Assembly (NCBI GenBank): GCA_964016885.1
Contig: OZ024741.1
Span: 380,184,001-380,248,000, forward strand
Reading direction: 5' to 3'
Length of the DNA: 64,000 nucleotides
DNA from: Eledone cirrhosa
Taxonomy: Eukaryota
Shown here: piece after piece, positions 45,823 to 58,101 of the stretch
Layout of the letters: every line of letters begins with the position of its first letter
How positions within the stretch are numbered: position 1 is the stretch's first letter
Made by a program: the position numbers and the translations under genes
The notes under the pieces: generated by a model
Database searches by the model: none
What the model saw: the letters and a program-made list of their open reading frames with translations, nothing else
Told to the model about the DNA's origin: nothing

Positions 45823-45824
<2 letters not shown>
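43925..45824 (+). mobile_element. 5'-truncated Penelope-like element, Naiad-like (RT and GIY-YIG)
   Basis: QEEGAAIGVSIAGDIANLFM, YSRYVDDI, DYPSKH..RLPVLD, YAKPMTS, YIGETARS..RINEH, RQITEA..PKLNRKYEW; +1 frameshift at the A-run ~44950; ends in (TA)n; clade assignment from motif recall. Confidence 0.92.
45574..45618 (+). ncRNA. Minimal type I hammerhead ribozyme in the PLE 3' UTR
   Basis: AGTCA-CTGAAGA-G-GTCACA GAGTG TGTGAC-GAAA-GAAC-TA-TGACT. Confidence 0.85.
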
Positions 45825-45910
<86 letters not shown>

Positions 45911-45923
45911 ATATATATATATA

Positions 45924-48184
45924 TATCATCATCATCATCATCAACTTCGTTTAACCTCCATTTTCCACGTTAGCATTGGCTAGACGGGAGTTGTCCTAAT
46001 TTGAGTCAAGGTTGGTCGGGTGACCGTGTCTCGCTCATATAGGACTATCTGGCAGGTTTTCTACTGCTGGATGCCCTTCCTAACACCAACCACATTTACA
46101 GTGTGGAACTGGGAATTTTTTACCGTGTTACCTACACGGCCACATTACAGCGTGGACAGTGAGTTTTTTGTCGTGACACCTACACAATCTCGATCTCATT
46201 ATCTCATTTATTTTGCCATTCTGAGTTCAAATCCCGCCGAGGTTAACTTTGCCTTTCATCCTTACGGGGTCGATAAAATAAAGTACCAGTAATGTACTGG
46301 GTAATTGCTGGCCTTGTGCCAAAAGTAGAAACAATTATCTCATTTATTTGGACTGGATGTTGTGGTACCAACTTTACAGAGAGAGGGTGGTGTTTGTGGG
46401 AGTGGGGGGATAAGGTAGGGATAGTGGATTGTGGTGTATATTTGGTTAAGAGGTGCCTACTGACTGTAGGTTTCGCTTTGTACATAGGCAAGGCGGATTT
46501 TCTGTATTACTGCGTAGCGCCAAAGATCTCGGTCCAGTGACATTGTCTTAGAGAGGTGCAAGTGTGTAAGGTGGGAATTTATTATATCGCCCCAGGTTTT
46601 TCTGGGTCTACCTACTCCGTAACTACCATCAATTGTGATCGCCATGCACTTTTTTATACAGCTGTCGTCTTTCATGCGCATCGCGTGGCCATACCAACGC
46701 AGTCTTCACTCAAGTAAACAGCATCTGATCCCTCTTATTCCTAATTTCTCACTTAGTTCATTTATGCTTTGCCGTTCACGTATATTACTATTACACATCC
46801 AACGGAGCATGCATGCTTCGTTCCTTTCCAGTCTGCGCAGGTCCTCTGCACGTAATCCCCATGTCTCACTGGCATGTAGCATTGAAGTTCGTATATAAGC
46901 ATCATACAATCTCCCTTTCATTTTTAGAGAGAAACCTTTTGTGGCCAACAGCGATATAAGCTCTCTGAACTGTTTCCATCCCGTTCTGACTCTGGCTACT
47001 GTACTTTCAGAACACCCTCCTCCACTGTTGATTTCGTCACTCAGGTAACGTAAAGTGTCTACCATTTCTATGGAACCATCTGGGCAATAGAAGGAGCTAG
47101 TATTTTGTGGACACTTGCTACTTATTGCACCTGAGCTTCGGCCACATATAAAGTCTACGTACTTAGATAGTTTACCTGTGATCCCACTACATCTTTTATG
47201 TACCCATACTTTGCATTTGGGACATAAAATGGAATTCCTACCTACTCCTTTCCTACACACTGAGCATGGCCAATTCTATGAGGGCATCTGTGCCCTGTTT
47301 TCCTTTCTACAAGCTAGAACTGTAGTATTAGAAAAGTTAACTTTAAGGGCTTTTGATTCTAGGCCGTGCTTCCATGTTTCGAATTTCTTCTCTAGTTCAG
47401 TCATTGATTCAGCTATGAGCTTTAGATCATCTGCATATAGGAGTTCCCATGGACAGCCGGTCTTGAACTCTTCAGTTATAGCCTGAAGGGCAATAATAAA
47501 TAGGAGGGGACTAAGGACAGAGCCTTGATGAACGCCAACTTTTACACTGAGTTCTTCACAATATTCATTGTTATTTCTAACCTTACTGACTATTTCATTA
47601 TACATAGTCTGTATAGCTCTCAAAAGCCATATATCTACACCTAGTTTTCTAAGAGCCCACCAGATAATGGAGCGGGGGACTCTGTCAAAGCTTTCTCCAG
47701 GTCTACAAAAGCTAAGTAGAGGAGTTTACTTTTAGCTAGGTACTTCTCTTGTAGTTGTCGTACAAGGAAAAGAGCGTCTGTGGTACTTTTACCTGACACA
47801 AACCCAAACCGCATTTCATCTAGATCAATTCGCTCTCTGATTAGTTGCGCTATAACTCTTTCTGTGACCTTCATGACATGGTCAACTAACTTAATGCCTC
47901 TATAGTGTCCCCTATCTAAAGAATCCCCTTTACCCTTGTAGCAGTTAATGATGTTGCTTCTCTGTCTTTCGGTATAACCCCATTCTGTATTACTTGGTTA
48001 ACTATACGGGTGACCGTAGTGTGTCCCACCATACCAGATGCCTTCAACATCTCAGCAACTATCTCCGAAGGCCCAGCTGCCTTGCCTGTCTTCATATCTT
48101 TGATTGGCATACTTATTATACTACCTTTGACTTGCACCGCTGGTCCTTCTATTGGATCGATTTGGGGCAGACTATCTTTTTGCA
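45924..48184 (-). mobile_element. 5'-truncated RTE-clade LINE with a PHD-like insert
   Basis: MKTGKAAGPS, FGFVSGKSTTDALF, AFVDLEKA, GVHQGSVLSPLLF, LLYADDL, CSVC..CPKC..VHKRC..ICGR, (GAT)n tail. Confidence 0.95.
46214..46333 (+). mobile_element. 5'-truncated SINE inserted in the RTE 3' UTR with a 16-bp TSD
   Basis: Matches 23799-23915; TSD ATTATCTCATTTATTT at 46198-46213 and 46334-46349. Confidence 0.85.
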
Positions 48185-48450
48185 TATATATATATGCAAA
48201 AGGATAGTCTGCCCCAAATCGATCCAATAGAAGGACCAGCGGTGCAAGTTAAAGGTAGTATAATAAGTATGCCAATCAAAGATATGAAGACAGGCAAGGC
48301 AGCTGGGCCTTCGGAGATAGTTGCTGAGATGTTGAAGGCATCTGGTATGGTGGGACACACTACGGTCACCCGTATAGTTAACCAAGTGATACAGAATGGG
48401 GTCATACCGAAAGACTGGGAAGCATCATCATTAACTGCTACAAGGGTAAA
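47929..48450. repeat. Fold-back duplication of the RTE 5' end around a 12-bp TA loop
   Basis: 47929-48184 is inverted at 48195-48450. Confidence 0.95.
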
Positions 48451-48600
48451 TTTGCTCCGAACGAACTACACGTGTCTGAAGGAACCTGCATCCGTAGAAT
48501 CAGCCAGATCAATACAGGGACCATGTCTCGAGCTACCTGGCGAAACAATTGTAACACGCAATAAATTGAGTCCAGATGCATCACTGATTTTTTGTTTTTT
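48449..48600 (+). mobile_element. PLE-like 3' tail with a variant hammerhead (second copy at 52530-52690, minus strand)
   Basis: CGTGT-CTGAAG-[~20 nt]-A-GCCAG..CTGGC-GAAA-CAATTG-TA-ACACG, followed by (TA)n. Confidence 0.55.
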
Positions 48601-48631
48601 AATACTATATATATATCTATATATATCTATC

Positions 48632-48670
<39 letters not shown>

Positions 48671-48825
48671 GGATATATATATATCTATATATATATAGAG
48701 AGAGAAAGAAAGAGAGAGAGAGAGAAAATTGAGGTTGGTAATGGCACATGGAATATATAAGAGACAGAATACTTTTTTGTGAAAAAACATAATTTTATAA
48801 GGTAAGGAAATAATAAAGGGTATAA

Positions 48826-48872
48826 AAATGACCGGTTTCGATGGGTCTGCAAAAGCCATCTTTTCAAATGTT
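48826..48872 (-). ncRNA. Degenerate hammerhead motif
   Basis: TTGAAAA-GATGG..CCATC-GAAA-CCGG-TC; core mutated. Confidence 0.45.
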
Positions 48873-49184
48873 GATTAATATTAAGAAAAATTAATAATAC
48901 GAAGAGTTAAAATTTGAGATTTGAAAATTCAAGTATAAAATTCATTGTGGGATTTCATAGTAGTTTTCATCTAGGTAGCAACAACAAGTTGACTGCTGTG
49001 TCCCTTTCTGGTAGTGAATGAGAAATTATTTGGGGTGTGGGTTATTTTATAAAGGTCAGATTTAGCAATGGCCAACTGGCCAGCTGCTGGTCAGTGAGGG
49101 GGTGGAAGCAATATACATACATATATCTTCCTGTGGTGGGTAGGAGAGTGGAGCGTGATAGAAAGGGATTTAGTGCACTTACAC

Positions 49185-49236
49185 CTATATATACACACAT
49201 ACCTTCATCCACACATACATACATATACATATACAT

Positions 49237-49297
<61 letters not shown>

Positions 49298-49364
49298 CAC
49301 ACATACATACACACACACATACATATACATACACATATACACACACACACACATATATACACAT

Positions 49365-49409
<45 letters not shown>

Positions 49410-49448
49410 TATATATATACACACATACATCCAGATACACACATACAT

Positions 49449-49479
<31 letters not shown>

Positions 49480-49810
49480 CAAATACACATATATATATAT
49501 ATATATATACACACACACCCACACATACATACACACACACACATATATATACATATACACATGCAAACATACACACACACACACATATATATACACATAC
49601 ACACACATATATACACACACACACACACATATATATATATACACATACGCATACATCCAGATACACACATACACACACACACACACACGCACACACAATA
49701 CATACATCAACATGCACACACATACACACACACACACACACACATATACACATACATACACCCACACACAGAGAAATGGCCTCCAAATATATATATATAT
49801 ACATACACAT
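49185..49810. repeat. Compound (CA)n/(TA)n microsatellite
   Basis: Visible low-complexity tract. Confidence 0.95.
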
Positions 49811-50229
49811 ATTTTTTCCATAATATAAGAAGTTGGGACAGTAAAATTAAAATACAAGTCATTCTGATCACATTGAGTTCTTCATGTAGATTGGGCCCCG
49901 CAACCGACAGTGGTGAATTCTGTGTGCGCATATATATATAGATATATGTGTGTGCACGTGCAGGGTTTAACATGGATGTGTTGGTCACACAAAGGCATGG
50001 TCTGTCAACGAATAAACCTGATTCTACAGAATTGGTCTCTGGTCTTTAATAGTAGTGATTCCGTGCGTATGTGTGTTTATATTTTATGACAATTCTATTG
50101 GGGTGATAACCCGTTTATATATATATGTAGGAGGTGAGTTTTATTCTAGTACAATAAAGCAATGCAGATATCGGATAAGAAGCACTATACAGTTTGTAGG
50201 ACAGGAGTATACATAATATATAAGAACAA

Positions 50230-52428
50230 AAGATGGTTAAAAGAGTTCCAGGTATTTTATTATGCGCATTTCAAAAACAAATATCATCATGCAATAATAT
50301 TTGCGTTTTCATCAGATAAAACAGGAAGACATGGTATGAAGGTTAAAAAACACTTGTGGATAGTGCAGTTTTAAATAAACATATGAAAAGTAGTTTTAGA
50401 TTGATGTGTGATATTGGGAAAAATATTTTATTTTGAGGGGGGGGGGATAAAAAAGAGGAGGAGATGAGAGTAAAAAGTGGAGAGGGAGGAGTATAATGAG
50501 GGAGGATGAGATAGGAGGAGAGATGGGTGATAGAGAGAGAGAGATAGCTTTTATAACTGAGAAAAATATATTGTTTTACATAGAGAGGTTGAAAACCGTT
50601 GGAAGATAATGTATGAATTAAAAGAATTTGAAAATTGACGAAGAGAAAAAAAGAGAATAAAATAATGTAAAGTTAAGGTTTGTATATTGAGGGGTTTAAT
50701 AATATGTGCGATGAAAAGAAAATGTTAATATGTATTAAGAATAATATTTAAGGGTTTAATAACATGTGCGATGGAAAAGAAAAAGTTAATATGTATTAAG
50801 AATGATATTTAAGGGTTTAATAATATGTGCGATGGAAAGAAAATGTTGATATGTATTATTAAAAAGAACAACAGGTAATTTAAGTAAGGATATATTGTGA
50901 GATGAGCATGAATGAGTTAGATTCTAAATTGATAATGATTTGGATATTAGCTGTATACTTTGTGGAATGTTTTGTGGAATTTATGCAAGCAGATAGAAAA
51001 CAAGTCAGTGCGTCTATTTATTATAGAATCTAAATTAGATATAATGGTAAATTTTTCATTTAGACAGAGATTGCAAATTTTGGATAGAGAACTGTTCAAA
51101 CTTAAAAGAACCAACTTAAAAGAACAAACTTAAAAGAACCAACACGGCTCTCTCAGAACTCATATGGTCCTTGAAAGACAAAAATATTAAATATAACATC
51201 TTTTTGAAGAAGGTTTCTTCTGCGTCTTCATACTTGAACAGTTCTCTATCCAAAATTTGCAATCTCTGTCTAAATGAAAAATTTACTATTATATCTAATT
51301 TAGATGCTATAATAAATAGACGCACTGACTTGTTTTCTATCTGCTTGCATAAATTCCACAAAACATTCCACAAAGTATACAGCTAATATCCAAATCTTTA
51401 TCAATTTAGAATCTTTTTCTCAAAGGCACATATATATATATACACTTCTTTAAAAATATACCCATCTTTCTACCTTATTTCAAAGGTTATTATACATTCT
51501 ATAATACTTGTTACTCATTCTATATCGCTCCTATTTATCACTTCCCTTTCTTCTCTTTTTCTTTTAACCCCTAATCTGTACCTTTTCTCACTGTTGCCTA
51601 ACATAGAATCAATTATTACATAATACAATACATTCTTACTCTATATCACCTTGTAAAAATCCTTCGTAAACAAACATTTTTTTGACGTTAGATTATTCAT
51701 CCTCAATTCATTATTTTTTTCTGCCTTTCGTCTAACTCATTCATGCTGATCTCACAATATATCCTTACTTAAATTACCTGTTGTTCTTTTTAATAATACA
51801 TATCAACATTTTCTTTCCATCGCACATATTATTAAACCCTTAAATATCATTCTTAATACATATTAACTTTTTCTTTTCCATCGCACATGTTATTAAACCC
51901 TTAAATATTATTCTTAATACATATTAACATTTTCTTTTCATCGCACATATTATTAAACCCCTCAATATACAAACCTTAACTTTACATTATTTTTTCTCTT
52001 TTTTCTCTTCGTCAATTTTCAAATTCTTTTAATTCGTACATTATCTTCCAACGGTTTTCAACCTCTCTATGTAAAACAATATATTTTTCTAAGTTATAAA
52101 AGCTATCTCTCTCTCTCTATCACCCATCTCTACTCCAATCTCATCCTTCCTCATTATACACCTCCCTCTCCACTTTTTACTCTCATCTCCTCTTTTTCAT
52201 CCTTTCCACCCCCACCCACCCCTCAAAATAAAATATTTTTCCCAATATCACACATCAATCTAAAACTACTTTTCATATGTTTATTTAAAACTGGACTATC
52301 CACAAGTGTTTTTTAACCTTCATATCATGTCTTCCTGTTTTATCTGATGAAAACGCAAATATTATTGCATGATGATATTTGTTTTTGAAATGCGCATACT
52401 AAAATACATGGAACTCTCTTAACCATCT
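50230..52428 (+). mobile_element. Nematis-like PLE 3' end (51100-52428) preceded by its own inverted copy (50230-51099)
   Basis: TALSELIWSLKDKNIKY..ICNLCLNEKFTII..C.H; arms reverse-complementary, left arm lacks ~51413-51730; three ~60-bp tandem repeats per arm; CTGATGA..GAAA-TGCG core at ~52344-52396 and ~50262-50315. Confidence 0.88.
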
Positions 52429-52449
52429 TATATATATATATAGAGAGAG

Positions 52450-52510
<61 letters not shown>

Positions 52511-52997
52511 TATATATAGATATATATATAGTAAAAAAAACGAAAAATTAGTGATGCATCTGGACTCAATTTATTGTGTGTTACAATTGTTTCGCCAGGT
52601 AGCTCGAGACATGGTCCCTGTATGGATCTGGCTGATTCTACGGCTGCAGGTTGCTTCAGACACGTATAGTTCGTTCGGAGCAAATTTTATCACTGGGGTG
52701 TTATCATCAAAAAACACCTTCAAAAAACCTCTTCCACTCTTGTCATGCTATTGGCTGTTGTTACTCCACGTCATCTTAAGTTCTGGTCACTATTTACTGC
52801 TACACGGGTCATCAGCCATTTTCTGTCCGACACACTTCAATGGAGTCATGCTGGGTTCGGTATCTCACACGTCTGTTCACACTCCAGAGTATGTACCCAC
52901 ACATACAAATACACACACACATATACACACACAGGCAGACACTAACACATGCGTGCATACACATATGTACGCATACATGCGCAGACACCCCCACCCC

Positions 52998-53051
<54 letters not shown>

Positions 53052-53119
53052 CCGTCACTTCCACAGACCCAGATACACCCACTTCTAGAAACCGAGCGCC
53101 ACAAGCCTATTATCGCCTG

Positions 53120-53363
53120 CTTAAGTCGCGCCATAGATCCGGTCCGACAGGCACGACACACACAAACATACACATATACATACACACATACGCGCGCACA
53201 CATACCTACGCACAACCTTATATACACATATATATACACATAAACACACACACATATATACATACACACATACAAATATATATATATATACACACATGCG
53301 CACACATACATACAAAATAACCATACGCACACAAAATTACATACACATATACATACACACACT

Positions 53364-53433
<70 letters not shown>

Positions 53434-55616
53434 AGAACCGTACATGCATACGCACACCCACACATATACATACATATATACATGCAGACATATATACATC
53501 TACATATACATACGCACACGGACGGCCACATGCAGACACCTGCACATATGCATATTTGCTTACACACACGTTTTCACATATACATATATAAACAAAACGG
53601 TAAATTAAAAATACATTATATAATAAAAAACACAATATACCATAAAATAACGGTAAAAAAACTTAACATATCTAGGGCGGTTAAAATTCCCGAGATCCAT
53701 GTCTGTTATTAGGGCATCGACATACGTTGTCATTGGTCTTCCTCTTCCAGTGTGTCCATGTAGCGGCTACCACAAGAGCACTGAGTTCAATGTCAACTCT
53801 GGATGTCAGTGAGCATGTCCAGCTAACCTCAGTCTCCTCTCTGTCACTTTTGAGCTGACCTCTGGGAGGCTGCCATACAGCCCTGTGTTTTTCATCCTCA
53901 GTGCATACTGATTAATGTTCAGAGCCATCCTCAGCATTCTCGTGTAGCACCCATCCACCATCTGAGTGAGTTTCTTGATCAGTGTCCAAGTCTCAGACCC
54001 GTACTGCAGCACAGACTCCACTACAGCAATGAAGAGGCGGATTTTCAGGTCTTTACGAAGGTCGGATTACCACACCTATCTCAAGCTGTGGCACGCTGCC
54101 CAGGCTTTGGTCTTCCTCTCAACCACATCATCCTCCGTATTCCCAATTTTTGCTCCCAAATACAGGAATCCCTCAGCCAATTTTAGCGGCTTCCCGCCTA
54201 CATTAGTGATCCCTTCTGGCCACTCAACATTCCCTACCAGATATTTTGTTTTAGTCTCATTCATTCTCACCCCCACACTCATCGACACAGCCTCAACCTC
54301 CCGCATCAAATTCTCTGCCTCCTTCACTGTATTTGTCCCCAAAACTATGTCGTCGGCAAATTCAGCATCTGATACCTTTTTCGCATTAACTCTCCTGCTC
54401 TGAGCCGGTGCTACAGTAAAGGCAGATACCTGGTGTTTCTCCAGTGCAAGGCGCATACAATAGTCCACTACGATGATAAAAAGGTAGGGAGCCAACGTAT
54501 CTCCCTGGAGCACTCCAGCCAGTATCTCAAAGAACTTTGTCATCGCATCAGGTGTAATGACTTGGGCTTTGGTGTTGGTATAGAGCAGTGATATCAGGTC
54601 CACTATCTTCTTGGGGATTCCATAAGCCTGTAAGATCATCATCAGGCAGTGACGGTCCACAGAATCAAATGCCTTCCTAAAGTCAATGAAAACCATGACA
54701 TAAAATATCAATATAGTATACATTATAATATATATATATGTATATATACAAGCACACACATTCATACATACATATACGGATATATACAATGGATATATGA
54801 TAAAATAATACAAATAATAGTAATAAAATGCATATATAATCCATATATAATCATCCGTACACATTCCTGCGAGATGTACATAAACATATACATGTATACA
54901 CAAATACACATACACATATATAGAGGCCCACATATGCATACACCCGCACCCACATATATATATATATATATATATACACATACACACACATACTTATACG
55001 TAGCTATACGTACATACAAACATATATATATATATACACACTCTGCCACATACGTACATACATGTACATGCATGCTCACCCACACGCTCATAAGCTCATG
55101 CATATACGTACACATGCCCATATCCACACCCCCATACACACCCACGTATATATATATATATATATATCTACATACACACACACATACATATACCTACGCA
55201 CGGGTCTACACATAAAAACACCCATATATAAACACAATAGGATAATAAAATAAAATAAATGAATTTACAATATTTTAGAATACATTATGTTGTTATTTTA
55301 CCGTTATGTTATGGTATATTGTGTTTTTTTTTTTAATTATATAACGCAATTTTAAATTACGGTTTTGTTTATATATGCATATGTGGAAACATGTGTGTGT
55401 AAGCCAATATGCATATGTGCAGGTGTCTGCATGTGGCAGTCTGTGTGCGTATGTATATGTAGATGTATATATGTCTGCATGTATATATGTATATATATGT
55501 GTGGGTGTGCGTATGCATGTACGTTTTTTTTGTATATATATATATGTGTGTGTGTATGTATGTGCGTATGTAATTTAGTGTACGTATGTGAATTTTGTAT
55601 GTATGTGTGTGCATAT

Positions 55617-55653
<37 letters not shown>

Positions 55654-55775
55654 ATGTGTGTATGAATATATGTGTGTGTATGTGTGTATATATATGTTAT
55701 ATAGGTATGTGTGCGCGCATATGTATATGTTTGCGTGGGTCGTGCCTAACGGACCGGATATATGGCGCGACTTAA
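53120..55775. repeat. Diverged inverted repeats (53120-53670 and 55285-55775) bracketing the LINE fragment
   Basis: TTAAGTCGCGCCATAGATCCGGTCCG and other unique anchors recur in reverse complement. Confidence 0.75.
53700..54695 (-). mobile_element. RTE-like LINE RT fragment (second family)
   Basis: FIDFRKAFDSV, GVLQGDTLAPYLFII, EFADDI, ESVLQYGSETWTL, RRLRLAGH. Confidence 0.9.
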
Positions 55776-56059
55776 ATAACACAGGTGTACAAAGCAAAGG
55801 TGATAGTGTATAAAAACGATTGTGGATGTAATGTGATGATTGTTTCTGTAGTTTTCAATGTGTATGTGCTGAGATGATTATCAAAGTTATTGTTATCTTT
55901 TCCATTACATATGTTAAATTATATTTTAGTTAATGTTTATACTGAATATTTTTAGTTAGTTATAGCAATGGATTGTAAAATGGTCTTATTGTATTCTTAT
56001 CCCTGGATTACAGTTGTTCTACAGCGATTTTTTCTAACGGTTTAATTTCCGGTTATTTT

Positions 56060-56489
56060 ATGTGATACATTTTGCATACAGTATTTATTTATGCGTAATA
56101 CCTTTGCTTGTTTCCTTCTTATATATGATTAACCATGTGCGCTCTCTACACGCTTGCATATGTACTGCTAATGTCCTCATTCTTCCTCAACACCTCTTTA
56201 ATTATTAGACAATTCCCTTGTATTATCTGTTGCATGTATTCCACTCTGTGCTTTTAATTTTAATTTGAATAATTGTACAATTCTTGTATAATATATGTCA
56301 CATCCATTCCAGCCTGTAAATACGAAACTGTTGTTCACAACATCAATATATATGTATCTATATGATTGTTGAGTTGAATAGGAGGTTAATTATATGTACA
56401 AACAATGGTAATGCTCCGATGACCTCTAACGAAAGTTCAGAAGTAACGATTGTGAGCAATGATTTGAACATAACTTTGATAATTGTATA

Positions 56490-56490
<1 letters not shown>
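56060..56490 (+). mobile_element. PLE-like tail homologous to 7590-8080, with a decayed CCGATGA hammerhead
   Basis: TGCT-CCGATGA..GTAA-CGATTG-TG-AGCA at ~56412-56458; a further decayed motif at ~56830-56876. Confidence 0.55.
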
Positions 56491-56526
<36 letters not shown>

Positions 56527-57014
56527 GTATGGCAAAGGTATCACATAAAATAACACAGGTATACAAAGCAGGTATACACAGGTATACAATAATATATATA
56601 TATATATTTCCCTGTGTTTTTTTTGCTTCTGATTTTTTTGCCTGTGGTTTTTGCTTTTCCTTATACCTATTACACATCAAACCACTGCTGCCTGTAATTG
56701 TGTTATTTCAAGCGAAATATCTTTTTAACTCCTGAAACTCCACATGATGCCTTTGACACTAATAACAACTCTGTACCTTAAATGTTCTAAATGACTAGGA
56801 TTTTAGTTACACGTTTTCGACATTCCTTATGCTCCGATCATTCCAGACTTCCCTCTGAAAGAAACAATTGCCAGCTTATAAATGTTCTAAACTAAAATTC
56901 GATCGTTTTAACACTTTGTATATATATATATATATATATAGTCGAGGAATCTAGAAGCAGTTTAGGTATGATACATCTTATAACTAATTATATCTAAATG
57001 TTTCTTCTCTCTTC

Positions 57015-57069
<55 letters not shown>

Positions 57070-57840
57070 GAACTTGTGGATCTGTTGTGAGGTTGAACAC
57101 AAACACACACGACCGCACAGATGAGCGATGGACTACGCCCTATGCGTTGGACTTGCAAGTGCGTTGAAAGATGTGTAACTCTAGTATACATATTATTTAT
57201 TATTAAGATGTATAAACTTGACACACTTATTATCATCTTATATTCTCTCAACTAATCACATTATGATTATATTTCTCTCTCCCGTTATCTCCCCCCATAT
57301 TTATAATATTTTTATTTAACAAAATCTGTTTTTTTACATTGTGTTTTTCCCTCTCTGATATTTGCTTATATTTTTTATATATTCTCTATATATTTTTTAT
57401 ATATTTTTTTATTTTTATTTTCATTTTTATCCTCCTTATATTTTATTTTATTCTTACTTTTATATCTTATTATAGTGAAATCTTCCCTATGCATGTTTAT
57501 ACATTATTAACTATAGCTTATTATTATTCTTATTCCATTTCTAATTACCTCATGTACTTTCTCCTCCGTTATATATATATTATATGCCCTGTGTGTGTGT
57601 GTGTGTAGCCTCTGCACACCCTCTGCACCCTACTATCAATGCCACCCCATCTATGGCTCCACTAACCACTCGAATGCCGGGAATGAATATGACCACAGCT
57701 AGTAAACAAGGACCCAGACCCCACACTCCCGCACCTAAATTAGACTTATTGTCCCCTGCTTTTGCTCTTTACTCTCTTTACTCTTTATCCTTGAATATTT
57801 GGTTGGTAGAGTCCATAACACCAATCAAACCCTTTTTATA

Positions 57841-57885
57841 GCTCTGAAGAACTCTACGGTTACGTAAGGAAGAAACATTGTAAGC
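57841..57885 (+). ncRNA. Minimal hammerhead motif
   Basis: GCT-CTGAAGA-weak stem II-GAAA-CATTG-TA-AGC. Confidence 0.6.
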
Positions 57886-58023
57886 CAATAAAAAAAAAAT
57901 GTTTGATGTTGTAGACGCTCTTCTGTTCTTTATCATATATATATATATATTTATATATATATATATATATATTACTATATATATATATATATATATATAA
58001 TGGATAAAAATCAATACAATATA

Positions 58024-58101
58024 ATTACCTCATTACCAGAGGTTTCCCGAATGAGGCGAATACGAAATAAACGACTTCATTCGTTCGTCAGACGAGGCAA
58101 T
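58024..58101 (-). ncRNA. Type I hammerhead ribozyme
   Basis: ATTGCCTCGT-CTGACGA-ACGAATGA..TCATTCGG-GAAA-CC TCT GG-TA-ATGAGGTAAT; 10-bp stem I with G-U pairs. Confidence 0.82.

Noticed and set aside
48152-48760. 202-aa ORF as a novel gene
   Set aside because: Chance read-through across the fold-back arm, PLE-like tail and microsatellite
50685-50860. Three ~60-bp repeats as a CRISPR array
   Set aside because: Contiguous tandem units without unique spacers, inside a eukaryotic retroelement UTR
54076-54987. 303-aa ORF as an intact RT gene
   Set aside because: N-terminal third is microsatellite; the RT is truncated
57110-57180. CAGATGA...GAAA as a hammerhead
   Set aside because: Core, cleavage triplet and stem I are all defective; not counted
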